Assembly (NCBI GenBank): GCA_903813345.2
Contig: CAIIXF020000001.1
Location: 4,960,001-5,024,000 of the forward strand
Length of the DNA: 64,000 nucleotides
From: Owenia fusiformis
Lineage: Eukaryota
Direction: 5' to 3'
The notes under the pieces: generated by a model
What the model was told of the DNA's origin: nothing
Databases searched by the model: none
Seen by the model: the letters and a program-made list of their open reading frames with translations, nothing else
Position numbers and translations under genes: made by a program
Shown here: piece after piece, positions 29,001-41,200 of the stretch
Position numbering within the stretch: position 1 is the stretch's first letter
How the letters are laid out: the number at the start of each line of letters is the position of its first letter

Positions 29001-29499
29001 GCCATTATTGTCTAATATTTCGACGAAAATATCAAATCTAACATATTTTGTGATAAATTAGTCATATTCAGAAATATTGATAGATGTCAAAGTCGACAGT
29101 ATGGTTCATCTGTTCTACATTTGGATTAATGGTATCTACAAGCAATAGTACTTTGTATTTCAGTAAAAAAGTTCTCACACAATACGTTATAATTCTGTGC
29201 ATTGCTAATACTATTAATAATATATAGTGTAATAAGCCAGCTATATACTAAACTTATAACTTAATTGTATGACGTGTGCATTTTGTCTATTTACTTGTAG
29301 GGATCGTTTCCGTACGGCTATTAATGTGCTCGGCGATTCCATAGGGGCAGGAGTTGTGGCTAAACTATCCGAGGCCGAACTCAGGGCTGCTGATCTGGAG
29401 CATGCAAAGGAAATAGATAGCAAAGGTCCACCAGGCTATAGCCATGTAAATGACGTTGAAGCAACTGGTGCTGGTGAAAACGCAATGACTCCATTATAG
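7503..29499 (+). CDS. SLC1A: Excitatory amino acid transporter (SLC1A/EAAT, dicarboxylate/amino acid:cation symporter family), 8 coding exons join(7503..8002,8806..8848,17918..17975,20819..20993,23481..23714,27423..27617,28317..28451,29301..29499), 1539 nt, 512 aa
   Basis: All introns are GT-AG with continuous phase and the total length is divisible by 3. Hallmark motifs: [52 protein letters not shown] (HP1), [15 protein letters not shown] (TM7), SIGAAGIP (HP2), [17 protein letters not shown] (TM8). The start could also be the in-frame ATG at 7515. The vertebrate paralogue cannot be assigned. Confidence 0.95.
8806..8848 (+). CDS. SLC1A: SLC1A exon 2, 43 nt, (F)[14 protein letters not shown]
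   Basis: Acceptor tttcttttttcag, donor GTAAGT; matches the conserved NMFPxNLVxAxF segment; missed by the ORF track. Confidence 0.92.
10745..11173 (-). mobile_element. Tc1/mariner internal-deletion derivative
   Basis: ~24-bp TIRs CAGAGTGAACCAAAAAGGTAACC / rc CAAGGTGAGCCAAAAAAGGTAACC with TA on both sides; minus-strand remnant [30 protein letters not shown] resembles the SPDLNPxDFFLWGYLKxxVY C-terminus of IS630-Tc1-mariner transposases. Confidence 0.8.
12423..14152. mobile_element. PIF/Harbinger-like non-autonomous element in SLC1A intron 2
   Basis: 14-bp TIR GACCCCTGTTACAC / rc GGTACCTGTTACAC, 3-bp TSD AAT (12420-12422, 14153-14155), many subterminal GCTTCGTT/AACGAAGC and CAGTGTAACA repeats. 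Confidence 0.75.
17381..17482. repeat. Two tandem ~51-bp units, probably part of a decayed HINE-like element
   Basis: CTAGTGTGTCCxGTCCATCAACTC...ATTTAxTTGGxCAATAAT occurs twice; hairpin GGACATAGAATGTCC lies just upstream at ~17318. Confidence 0.6.
17918..17975 (+). CDS. SLC1A: SLC1A exon 3, 58 nt, [19 protein letters not shown] (extracellular loop with NGT sequon)
   Basis: Acceptor ttttcttctttcag, donor G|GTAAGT; bridges phase 0 to phase 1 as required by exons 2 and 4. Confidence 0.85.
20096..20124. repeat. (GT)n microsatellite
   Basis: About 14 GT units. Confidence 0.95.
20819..20993 (+). CDS. SLC1A: SLC1A exon 4 ([10 protein letters not shown]...MVIW)
   Basis: Acceptor tttttcag, donor TG|GTAAGT. 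Confidence 0.93.
21462..22061. mobile_element. 600-bp MITE with ~200-bp imperfect TIRs and TTAA TSD (Kolobok-like)
   Basis: TTAA|AGGAATATTCCTTGCCA ... TGGCAAGGAATATTCCT|TTAA; inverted similarity continues for ~200 bp. AGG..CCT ends with TTAA fit Kolobok better than piggyBac (CCC ends). Confidence 0.85.
23481..23714 (+). CDS. SLC1A: SLC1A exon 5 ([11 protein letters not shown]...TAFGTAS)
   Basis: Acceptor tattccag, donor AG|GTAATA. Confidence 0.95.
23871..25225. mobile_element. Possible old Tc1/mariner element
   Basis: TA|CAGGGTG ... ACCCTG|TA ends about 1.35 kb apart; the interior looks like decayed coding sequence but no intact transposase motif is readable. Confidence 0.3.
27423..27617 (+). 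CDS. SLC1A: SLC1A exon 6 (SATLP...[10 protein letters not shown]...)
   Basis: Acceptor ttgttgcag, donor AG|GTAGGT; NMDGT motif. Confidence 0.95.
28317..28451 (+). CDS. SLC1A: SLC1A exon 7 (HP2, start of TM8)
   Basis: Acceptor gatttcag, donor TT|GTAAGT. Confidence 0.95.
29301..29499 (+). CDS. SLC1A: SLC1A exon 8 ([12 protein letters not shown]...AMTPL*)
   Basis: Acceptor acttgtag; TAG stop at 29497-29499. Confidence 0.95.
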
Positions 29500-30793
29500 G
29501 GACAACTTAATCAACATTGAACGCTTCCACAGTTTTCATAGACAACTGATAGCTCAATGGTGACAATGTGTAATTTCAGAACTCTGAATACTATCAAATG
29601 ATAACTTTTGAATAAGCAGATTTGACATAAATAAGATTGTCTTGGGGCTTAATCCAAAGTTATCATAAGCATATAGGGCCAAGGGAAAGGAGTTTTAAGT
29701 TCGATATAGATGATCATTCTATATTGTGCTTACTATTACTTTCCCCTCAGCCTATGATAATAAACCTGGAGACTTTTAAGGTCATTGTTGTTAAAGATGT
29801 GAACGTGTGCGCAATGGTGGTCCCCTGGGCATGACTCGCCTGATTGAAAATGAAGGTATAAGGGAAATAGGTAATTAGGTCCCTGTATAAACCAATTAGA
29901 GAGAGGCGATTATCCCTTTGGGTCGTAATATTACACGTTCAGGTTCTCCCATAACTTGACCTCTCCCTGTTAAGAGAATAGACGTTACAGAAGCCTTTTA
30001 TTTTGTCATCACAGGAGATTTTGTTATTTAAAAAAAATTATATTGCATTCAAAATTAAAGTCAATAGCTATATGTATTGTTGTTTTGATAACAACTATAT
30101 GCATACTTTTTCAGTTTCTGAATGCCATCAGATACATCATGTACGAGTGCTATATTTTTTAACTGAACATGTTATACATGTTTATCAAATAGTAATAAAC
30201 TAGTATTGAGTACAATCAGGACACACTTGGTTAATCTACGCGTAGCTACATTAAATACTCCTAAATTACGTACATTAACGGGTTAATTGCATGGCTGTAT
30301 ATCCAGGAAGGAGTATGCATTTTGGTGAACAGCAAAATATTATCTTTACAAGTGTGCTAACCTGGGTCAGGGTATTATCATTTTCATAAATTTCTCAGCA
30401 TCAGAAGAACTATGAGTATTTAGTTTTGGTTTGCTATTATTTTGCTCTGCTGTGAACATATTGCAAATGCACTTATTACCTCATGCTAACATTAGAAGTA
30501 CTATGCAGGGCTAGCTTGTCACCAAATATCATCAAAATTCACCTCGATATACTTTTGAGCGAACTGTGTGGAATCTTTGCATCAGTTCTGTAGGAAAATA
30601 ACAACAAACATAATTTTATACAATAAATTTTTTATTTACAGTCCTCTTTCATCAACGTATTATTATCTAGATCAGCTGTAAATAATATTGTAAACATTTA
30701 GATTTGTGTACATATGTATTGTATATGTTTAGCTAGATGCATTATATTAATTACCGTATATAAATATTTACATGTACAGTTCCATTAATTAAT

Positions 30794-30872
30794 AAATGCA
30801 TCTGTAAAACCATGTCACAAAAATGCACTTGTAAATCACGTCACAGAAATGCACCTGTAAACCACGTCACAA
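30794..30872. repeat. Three tandem ~26-bp units
   Basis: AAATGCAxxTGTAAAxCAxGTCACA x3. Confidence 0.8.
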
Positions 30873-31018
30873 TAAATACAATGGTGAAGAACGAGTCGAG
30901 AGTAAACGTATTACTATTACATCGTTTACTAATCACTTAAATAACTATATTTCTACCCTGCGTGCAGAGTCTAGTTAAACTACACTCTGCCTAGTAGAGA
31001 CCATATTACAGTTTAGTA

Positions 31019-31260
31019 GCCCCGCCCCCACGACGGGTACCGGTGACAGTTTGGGTAATAATATAAATCACTTCTGACCTATGCGCTGACCTTTCTTCCA
31101 CCATTCAGCGAGCCTGAACAAACATACGCCAAATGCGTTCTAATTAAATATGCGCATGTCATTGGTCAATTCCGGGCTCAACGATGACGTCAGAAGGAAT
31201 GACCATATATAGAACGTCGGTCAAATTTGGCCGACGAACACTGATTGGCGCGGTGAGTTC
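31019..31260 (+). promoter_or_regulatory. Promoter/enhancer-like motif cluster with no assigned gene
   Basis: GC box GCCCCGCCCC (31019-31028), two TGACCT half-sites (31075-31092), TGCGCATG (31151), ATTGG (31161, 31244), perfect CRE TGACGTCA (31185-31192), TATATAG (31206); locally CpG-rich. Confidence 0.5.
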
Positions 31261-32204
31261 ACAGGTTTATTTTAGTTTGAAAGAGTGAAGACGAAGCTCT
31301 CTTTTAAGAAGTGAAGTCAAACGAATGCAAAGGGTACTATATTTCTGACTTATTTGTGAAAATATTAACAGACAACTGAGAAGGTATAACATCCTACCTA
31401 AATACAGATGGTGAATCATAAGTGATGTTATATATTCTCATTAGTAGTTATACATATGTAAATAATGGCCCATACTTAGCATAAGAGCAATGATTTGATG
31501 AGTGTTCAGCTTGTGTCACATACATTAAACGATGTCACCTTTTAAATGAAAAACCTCATTATTGAACTATCAAATGTGCACATATGGAGAATGGCGTATT
31601 CTAGTTTTGAAGATAACACACCTCTCTTTATCCTCACCTAGACTCCCACACTTGTTTTACTTAATTAAGATAACAAATTAGATGATATATGTATTATACA
31701 AAGCGTTCATAAAGTTTTTGCAAACATCTAACAGGCCTAGACATTAAGCAATAACATAACTTAAGAGATGTATTTATATATTCTTTACATTATTCTTTAT
31801 AACTTTTGTATTACTTTGCAATTAGATATATCACGTGATAAACTGTTACCTCTCAGTTGTTATGGTTGCTATTAGTAACCAGTGTCATATATTAAAATGC
31901 ATATTGTTTCATTATTATATTAAAACGAATTCTTAAACGAAGTTATAGCTTAATGTTTAAATCAAAATTTGGACGAACTTAATGAACACCTTGTATATAT
32001 ATGTCAATGAATTTTATTGGTGATAACTTTCAAGCTGACTTGTGCATAGTTAACTTGATTCATTATTGTATATTTCGAAATGAACTTAATATCATATGGA
32101 ATATAGGCATAATAGCATTCTATACTGTAAATAGCCCATATATTTTTGATCTTACAGCTGATCAATTACTAACATAGAACTATGTCAGTGTTAATGGTAG
32201 TTGG

Positions 32205-32280
32205 TTACATATCACAATCCACTTTGTTGTTTTCATCAATAGTTGAGCATTCTGTGACCATGGAAGAATTCATAGTAGAT
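32205..32280 (-). CDS. Mucin-like gene exon 7 (STMNSSMVTECSTIDENNKVDCDM*)
   Basis: Acceptor attttcag, TAA stop; AATAAA on the minus strand at 32013-32018. Confidence 0.7.
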
Positions 32281-35200
32281 CTGAAAATATAATTATTGTA
32301 CAATAAAATCTCTATGAATCACGTTGAAAGGTATATGATACTGTAGTTGCACATTGCATAGCTAATATAAGAATTCAGATCGAACATCTGGATTTTTGCT
32401 GTTGCCAGGATGAAAATAATAGAGTAAATATCTTGCATCTATTGTTTAACCGTGGTGGTCACGTGATATGTTTTTGTGGAAATTGAGTCAGATATTCAAC
32501 TATTTCAAAGGATGAAACCCTTGTCAAATATGTCATTATTTTCAATCCTGGTATGACACAAATTAGTGTTTTGCAGGTGTTATCATTTATGGAAATGGAT
32601 TTTTTACTTTTAGATTTAAGCTCTTAAGTTTTAAAACCTACGAGAGTAATGTAAAATAGATCGGCTTATCTTTGAGGCTTGGAACAATTTTTTAATGCAA
32701 TCAAAAATTAAAATTCGACTTCCAAACAACCTTTCATGACCTTTCAAAGTTCAAATTCTTTCAAATTCGAAGGTCAACTCCTTATTCTTGAGTCTGTACC
32801 GACCTAAATGCATCATTAAAGGTCAATTCCTGAATCACAGTGCAAAACATCTAGATCTGTTATATTTTCTTCATTTTCGCCGACTTAAATATATGGAATC
32901 ATGAGACTGAAATGATCAAATTTCAATAGCTAAGTTATCACATACTCCTCTGTGGCAACAGTATCATCTAGAGGTAATGACGTCACTGTAGTCTTTGCCA
33001 GTTCGATATCATTGTCCGTACCCCAACTTATGTCAAAGCCTGATTTTCGTGTTCTGTAATTAATAGACAGTTTGTAAACTACACATTCAATGTATAGATA
33101 GATAAACAAGTGTATTCTATTAAAATAAAATACTAAAACTTAGATCAGAATAGTGTTTTACGTTATTTTGTAATCAGGATAATTATAATTTACACTCGGG
33201 TAGTCTCCACGCCCCAACTAAACCGTTAGCTGCTGCTGTCGCGGGCTTGGACACTACCCTTGGTTATGATTATTCAGCTTATTCCCCCAAGTCAGATAAA
33301 GACCCCAAAGACGGCGCTCTACCTCTTCACGGACACACAACTCCTGATTCCTACAGCAACACAAATGAGTCCAACGATTATTGCAACAACAACAGTCACA
33401 ACAATCCATGTCTGTAAATGCAACTGCTTTGATGATTTATTAAGTGGGTGCTTCATAGCTATCTGCAATGGTACAAAACGTATCTTTGTATTAAACTCAA
33501 TACAATAAAATACTGATAGACGTGAACATGACAGTCCCATCAACATTATGATCATGAGAGTGATCACGGTCACATCGTGATCATTTAGATCATCAGAGCA
33601 TCGTCACTAAATTATTTTCGACATGAAAATGATACATCAGACAATGATAGCGATTATTCAGCTAAAATAGTAATTATGCAACTGAACATTGAGAACATAA
33701 TGATGGTCAAAGAGATTTTGACTAATCGTCACGGGTATGAATGTGTAACTTTATTGAACTAACAAAATTTATCATTAAATTTATGATCATTCAGATGATT
33801 TGGCGATCATGATGAATCACTTTATGGCTGATCTTTTATTTGGGATCATGATAATAATAGTGTTGTCGATTCAAGATTATCTGGTAAATGTTACAATGCC
33901 ATCACTGGAAGTTTATGACAAATTGGGATCATTTATTTCACCTCGAAATATTTCTCGATGGATGCCAAATATTCTTGTTTAGCCGTACCTGATGCCCTAT
34001 TGCTGTAGACAGAGACTTATGGTGATGAGAAATTACATTTTCTAGCTGCTGTCTGGTTAAGATGGGGAACCTGTTGTTGTTGAGATCGGCAAGGTAGAGT
34101 TTCACCTCGACATTACTGTTCCTCTGTTGAACAGAAACAATTACCACCTGGCGTGTTCTAAAACACCAATTTGCAATATATATGAACTAGTTGGAAGCCA
34201 ACATAAATGCGCAATTCTTGTTTAATTAAGCAAAATGTCCATCGGCTTGGAGGTACGGGGATTAAACTAATTATCTTTACCTCCAATACGCGTCCTTAAT
34301 TACTTTAATTGTCACAAATGATAAATATTTGATGACTCTCCCCCTTTGAATGGACTTAATATGATGTTTAACACGCACACGTTGAACTGTTCGCAACATA
34401 CGTGTAACTATTAGAACCATGTCGCACTGGGATACCTTAACAGCGAAGACTGCAGAAGCCGGTGCCGACAATGGACGGTTTTTAATTTGTTTTTTAATTA
34501 GAAAAGGATTGAATCCTAGCAATCCATGTCAATCTTCTGTCGTCAGAGTTGTGATTATAAAAATCTAAATTATACTGTTGTCATTTTAAATGACTTTTGG
34601 TATTACCTAATAAAAAAATTATCCCAGCAGTCCATTAGTGAAACAAATTAGTTGGAGATTGAAGGTTGAGTTAGAACCCTGAACATTAGTCAATAATGTG
34701 CCAATTCCTTAAATATTCTCCACGTCAGCTGATGAGACTAGAAATACTTCTCTGAAATATTTCTATTTGATATAATAATTCATAACGTCATATTTTTAAG
34801 TCAAATAAACGGTGTTCGTAACGCTTTATTGATGCAACAGCAAGTCTCAAAGACTTTTACTGTACACGCTGTAATGAATCTGTGCAAAAAGCGACATTAG
34901 TCCACCATTGTTGAGATCAGCTTCTGCAGTAACCGTTGTTTGGATATCCCTATGAATATCCTGAAGATCATCATTATTGTGTTCTTAACTATTCTTATTT
35001 CGCATTTACGACATCTAAGTATTGCTATTAAAAATTCACGATTTGTTGTCTTTGTATCAACGAGTACTATGCCGTTCAACTGATAAGAAAGCTGTTTTGA
35101 GCACATGGAAATATCTACATGGCCGAGCATCTTGTTGCTTTTCATATTTCATTTTTTCATTATGATACTATTTATAGATATTCTTTCTTGAAATTATGAA

Positions 35201-38200
35201 ATTTATGAGGATCACTGGATTCACTGATTCTAAAAGGCCATTCAATCCTTTGTGAAATAAAGGATGCATTATTATTCTATACTGTGATCTGATAGCTAGC
35301 AGTAGCTATGTGTGAAGAGGGTTCTGATTATTTCGATTTTTGCAAAGAACTTTTTACTCATTTTATATTGATCACTTTAATATAATATCCTCCTTCAAGG
35401 ATACCCATGCTGTAGGCTCTTATTTGCAAATGCTCTTACTGGAATTCGCTGTTTGTCGGGCACGTGTCGTCGCCATGGCAGTACTCCCTGGCCGCCTTTG
35501 CAAAATTGTGTTTGAATTCTTCAAGTTCGCGATCCACAAACTAAAACACAAATTAATTAGAATTTGCAGAACATAATAACACCCAATGCAGACAGATCGC
35601 CAATAATTACATTCGTATGATGCGGGACTCGACATTCACCAGGAAAGTAGAAACATTTTGTCACCCATGATGAATGACAGTCACATTGAGTTCTCTAAGT
35701 ATGAAAACACCATGACGTCATGATATTTCAAGGTAACTCGTTTGAAAAGTGATGGCTGTGATTGAAATTACAATGTAAAGATAAAACCGCAACGAAATAT
35801 TTGTAAATTTCTTTAAAAAACTAAGAATTATAAATCACATCGAATTTTTTCAAAACAGAAAAAACATGTATAAATAGTAAGGCCTGTAGGCCAGATTCCC
35901 CCTGGTAGCATTTACATTGGTCTCGGATATGTCATAAATTGATAATTGAAACACAACTATATATTCGAACTTATGATCGAACATAAGTATGATGTGTACT
36001 TCAAGGTAATACAGTTACGAGGTACCTTGAAATATCAAGACGTCATGCTATTCTTTTACTTATAGAACTTATAAGTTCTAAGAAATAGTGACTGTCATTC
36101 ACGATTTATTAAGCAGCAATTTGTGTCATTGGTGACAAAATGTTTCTACTTTCCTGGTGAATGTGGAATCTCGCATCATACGAATGTAATTTTAGGCGAT
36201 CTGTCTGCATGGGGTGAATAAGAGCACTCGATCAGAAATGTCTATTCGTTTCGGAACGGTAACCCCCCCCCCTCCTTCCTCCATTTAATTACACGTTACA
36301 GTCGCTTTATTTTTACATGTTCACTTAAAATAACCTATAAAAGAAAAATTATTTTATTGCTGCATATTTAAAACATTTCTAGTTTTTTGAAGTATTGCCC
36401 AGAGAACGCACGGGCGTCATTTGGTTGCTGCTGCATCAGCGTCTTCATTTGGACGGACAGACAACTGCTCTATATTACTACTCGAAGTCCATTCCGTGGG
36501 ATACAAAATAAAATAAAATTCAATTAAATAAAATGCAATTAAGTTGTTGCACTAACTCAACTGCCAGACTAAGAGATAAACAAAGAGAAATGTTCACGAG
36601 TGATTAGAAACTGACAAGTTTTCTTAGAATTCGACTTGTGATACGCACCAGAATCTATCTTTAATCGAGTAATCACTTTTTATTGAACCTAAATTAATTA
36701 TTGCTTGATATAAAGTCGATCACTAATTCAGTTATCGTTTTCCAAAATTCTCAAAGCTTTGAAATAATACTTGAGCTACGGTATATGACATATATCAGGA
36801 AAGGAGTATTCCATCAGAAAATAGGCTATCACTCAAATGTTCTGAAGTGTTTCTCACTAGACAAAAAGTTATTTTTTAAAAGTGATAAAGGTGCACGCAC
36901 TAGAATAGTGGTAGTGGGACTATTCTGCCTAATGGAGATGTCAATTAGATCGTCTGAGCTCACCGTTGTCACGGCGTGAATACTTGGGACAGACTTTTTA
37001 TATAAATATACTAGTTTTACAAAAGAGAGAAACATTAAATAATGATTATTTTGGATAGTATTTGCGTCGTATGGATGTTTTACGTCATGAATAATACATT
37101 TTCCACATTCATTCATCCAAATTCTTCAAACATTTGTTCAGATAATAGTAATTAGACTGGTGATCAGGCCCGGTGTAAAAGGGTAGGAGGTCCTATCAAA
37201 TTATGGTCCTACTTTCAATTGATTTATATGGTGACCTAAATACAACTCTTTCCCTTATTATCGTACCCACAATCAGGGCCAGTAAGGGCCTTAAAGAAAG
37301 GGGACCATAATCCCCAGGGGACCATAATTTCTTTCACACCGGTTTGCCAGGGAACCAAATTATAGCAATAAAATTATGAGCGAAAAAAGATTTCGAGATT
37401 TTTAGCACTTTACCTCTTGAGTAAATAAACCAGAAACCAGAATTGAGATATCGAGATACCTTGCGCACTAGCATCTGCTATCAATATATCAACAATATGG
37501 TTAAAGTTGTGACCTTGTCAGGTTAAGAGTGAAACACGAAATTACAGTGCTCATTAAGAATTCTTTCACTCCTGTCAAAGAAATGCAGAATTCACACAAC
37601 AAGCCTGGATGTCTACAATAAAACGGAGCATTTGCAACTGCTCAATTATAACATAATCTAGATAGGGGTTAACTACAGGGTATCAAACTGATAAAAATGT
37701 TCTCCCCTTAATTTCAAACGTATGAACTTTTGTGCATAAAGGTCCATCTAGTTGAGCTAGTCATCTAAAACCTTTAGTGGAGTTGCTCCATGAAACCTTG
37801 TTTTATAATGTGCTAATTAAAGATCAATTTAGATACCATGCACACAAAAAAGTCATGCAACATAATAAAAGTCACTGTTACACAACTAGTTACTCTGACG
37901 GAACGTCAATGTAACAAAATGGATGAACTTCCTCTGTACGAGTTTTCTTGTTTCTCGATTTAAACCTACTTATAAGTCAAGCTGCAGATTATAATTTGGC
38001 ACAAAGCTAGAAAATATCGTCTAGTTTTAATAAGTTTCTTCTGAATTTGTTACGTAAATGAAGCTGCAATTCATATATTTAGTCCCTCCCACCAACAAGG
38101 GGGGGGGGGGTGGCAAATTTCAGGTCAGAGAAAAAAATTTGGGGCCTTATGGCCTGTTTTCGCACAAAAATATTTTTGGGCCCATTTTTTCTGGCCCCAC

Positions 38201-41200
38201 CCAAGGGGGGGGGGCTGGGGCTCCGCCAGTGTATATTGTCTAACCTTGTGCCAAATGATAATCCGCAACATGACTTATACGTAGTATACTGCCCTCGATA
38301 AATAAGTTTAAATCGTTAAAAGAAAAAACTCGTATCCAGGAAGTTCATCCATTTTGTTACATTGACGTTCCGTCAAAGTAACTAGTTGTGGAACAGTGAT
38401 AGTGTGGATGTTTAAGCTACGGGAAAACATATTTATGTGGCACCCTGTACTACATCAGCGCCTTAGTAGACGTCCTAGGATTTAATACAAAGAACTATTA
38501 ATATGTTACAGGTTTACTCAATTATATAAGTAAAAGAAAGACGTCAGAGAAAATTAAAACTAGTCCCAAGGAACCATAATTTTAAAAGTTCACGTTCACG
38601 TTCCCCCTCTAAAGTAGTAATAGATAAATACCTTTTTATAAGAAACATGTTTGACAACAACAGTCAGAATATTCTCAGACCTATTGAGTCTAGCGACATC
38701 TTTTGTAGATGGGATGGTTGAAATACTTGTTGATATTGGTTCTTTAACAGTTTCCGTGGTTGGAGAAATACCATTGGATTCAAGAACGCTTTGCGTCGTT
38801 GAAGAAATGCCGTTTAATATGTTTTGCTTATTATCCATGTGTTCTATTGTAGTAGACGCTTCCAGAGACCCAAATGACGTAACTGTAGTAGCCGTAGTGG
38901 AGACAGGTTTGGTCGTGACGTATGGTTTAGTAGTCCTGGCTTTAGTAATTGTAGTTGATCTCTCTGTTTGTGTGGAAGTACTTGGTTCAGTTGTCATATC
39001 GATAGATTTAGTTGTAGCTGTTTGTTTTTCGAATGCTTTCGGAGTTGTTTCTGTCGTCGTATCAGGGTTTCCTCTGTTTGTGGTTATCGATGTTATGGGT
39101 TTCATCGAGGACTGTGTTTGCGTTTTGGTTGTTTGTGATGATGTTATTGCGGGTGGTGTCGTTGTCGTTGTTACAATGGGTGCTTCTGAAGTAGTGGTTG
39201 AAGCTGTTGATGTTGTCAATGATATAATAACTGTTGTAGTGACTGCCCTTTTCGTTGGTGTGTATGATTTACGTCTGATGGTTGTATATGATTGCCCTTG
39301 AGGTATGTCTATACCACTCTCATTTGGTATAGAAGATGTAGTTTGTGTAGTTGTTGCTGCGTTGGTTGGCAAAACGCTGACATACATTGTCTGAGGGACT
39401 GAGAAACTTTCAGTTGCAGTCCTGCTAGTGTTCTTTCCAATTTCAATTCCAACGGCTTCAAGAGTGTCAACATTTTCTTTAGTTTTTGTTGGCTCACCGT
39501 TTTTGGTGTTGATATTTTTATCTTCTTCCTTATATTCATCATTATCACCTTCACCACTATCATCTTTCTCATTACCTTCAACTTTGTCTGTACTAATATC
39601 TTTATCACTGTTTTCGCTTTTTGTACCATCTCCATCCTTCTCGTCAGGCGCGCCACTCTCAACATTCTCGTCTTCATCATCATTGTCGTTCTTGTCGAAC
39701 TGTTCACCTTTGTTTGTCTTAGCCTCTGAACTCTCGTCATCCTTATCGGGCTCTCTATCCTTGTTATTACCACCGTCATTATCGTCATCGTTATGATCTT
39801 CCTTACCCTTCTCATCACCTTCAAGTTCGTCACCCATGTCTAGTTCAACTTGGCTACTTTCCTCATTTTTGTCATCATCGTCATCTTTGGCATGTTCGTC
39901 AATCTTGCCAGCTTCGTCAACCTTGTCATATTCACTTAATTCTTCACCATTTTTATCTTTTTCTTCTTTGTCATTATCGACATGTAGTTTTTTCTTATCA
40001 TTATTGTCATATATGTCATCTTTGTTGGCATCTTTAACATATCCATCCTTGTCCTTGACCTTGTCATCTATGACGTCAGTGACATTTTCAATATTTCTGA
40101 CAGCTTCAACACTTGATTTATTAGCTACGGTAATAAAACTTTGTACAGTTGTAAATACAGATGATGTATCAAATGGTTCATCTGTGTGCATCATATCTGT
40201 TATCGATTCATCGTTTGTGCTTTGTTCCTTGCTGGTAGATTCAGTCTCGTTAGAATAAAAATGCGACGTCTGTTTGGGTGATAATTCAATCGCTTTGCTG
40301 GCAGTATCTGATGTTTGAATTGTTGTGATACTACTTTGCATTGTTGTGTTGACACGTGTCGGTGCTGATGTTATGGACTGTGTGGTCAATTTATCTGTGA
40401 TTGGTATATTGAGAGGTGTTGTTATTATACCATGTGGTGTTACTGGATCAGAAGATAATATATCAGGCGAATTCTCTTGACTGGCTTCTGAAACGTCTGA
40501 TACAGACTCACTTGTTAAACTTGGAACGCTTGCTGATGTAATATCCGGTGTTACAGTTTCATGAAATGGTTCCTGCAGTGTGGTGTCGTTCTCGTTGTTT
40601 ATATCCGGCACAGATGTAGTGAATTTTGAATTCTCTTGAGTACTACGCTCAGGTACAGTTTTCGTGATTTGCACTGAGCTCGTGTGTTTTGGTGCCATGG
40701 TTGAAACACGCTCCATATCCGAAGTTGGGACTACTGGCAGGGATGTAGAACTTTCAACGGGGGATAAAGCTGATACTGGAGTTTCCGTCATCTCATTAAC
40801 ATCAGTTATTTCCATCTGAGATGTTTGTTCTTGAAATGTTTTTTGATTGATTGTCGCATCAGTTAGCCATGTAGAGGTGGATGATTGTTTTGGTGACGTT
40901 GTCACAGAGTCTTTGTCAAACCCACCGGCATGCGTCTCGGTAGTTGGCTCTGTAACAATACTGGCACTTGTCAGAGCAGCTGATTGGAATGTAGTCCGAA
41001 CATTTTGTGTAGTAGGTGAGGATTGATAAATGTTTTGTGAAGGCTCTATAGATGATGATATCATTGAATCATTGGTTGAATGTCTAAAGCTGGCTGGTGT
41101 TGTCGGAACAGATACAAATGTATCTTTAGGTGATGTTTCGGAACTTGTCTCTGTTATCACGGAATCCCCAACAGGATTTACAGTTACAGTAACAGGCGTA

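Noticed and set aside
34281..34426. Possible alternative mucin exon ending ...KDAYWR with a phase-2 donor
   Set aside because: The acceptor is weak, it has no similarity to exon 3, and the gene is already in frame without it; probably chance.
34897..35145. 82-aa minus ORF in a mucin intron followed by AATAAA (possible secreted-isoform terminal exon)
   Set aside because: No recognisable protein features, and AATAAA is common in this AT-rich DNA; cannot be supported without transcripts.
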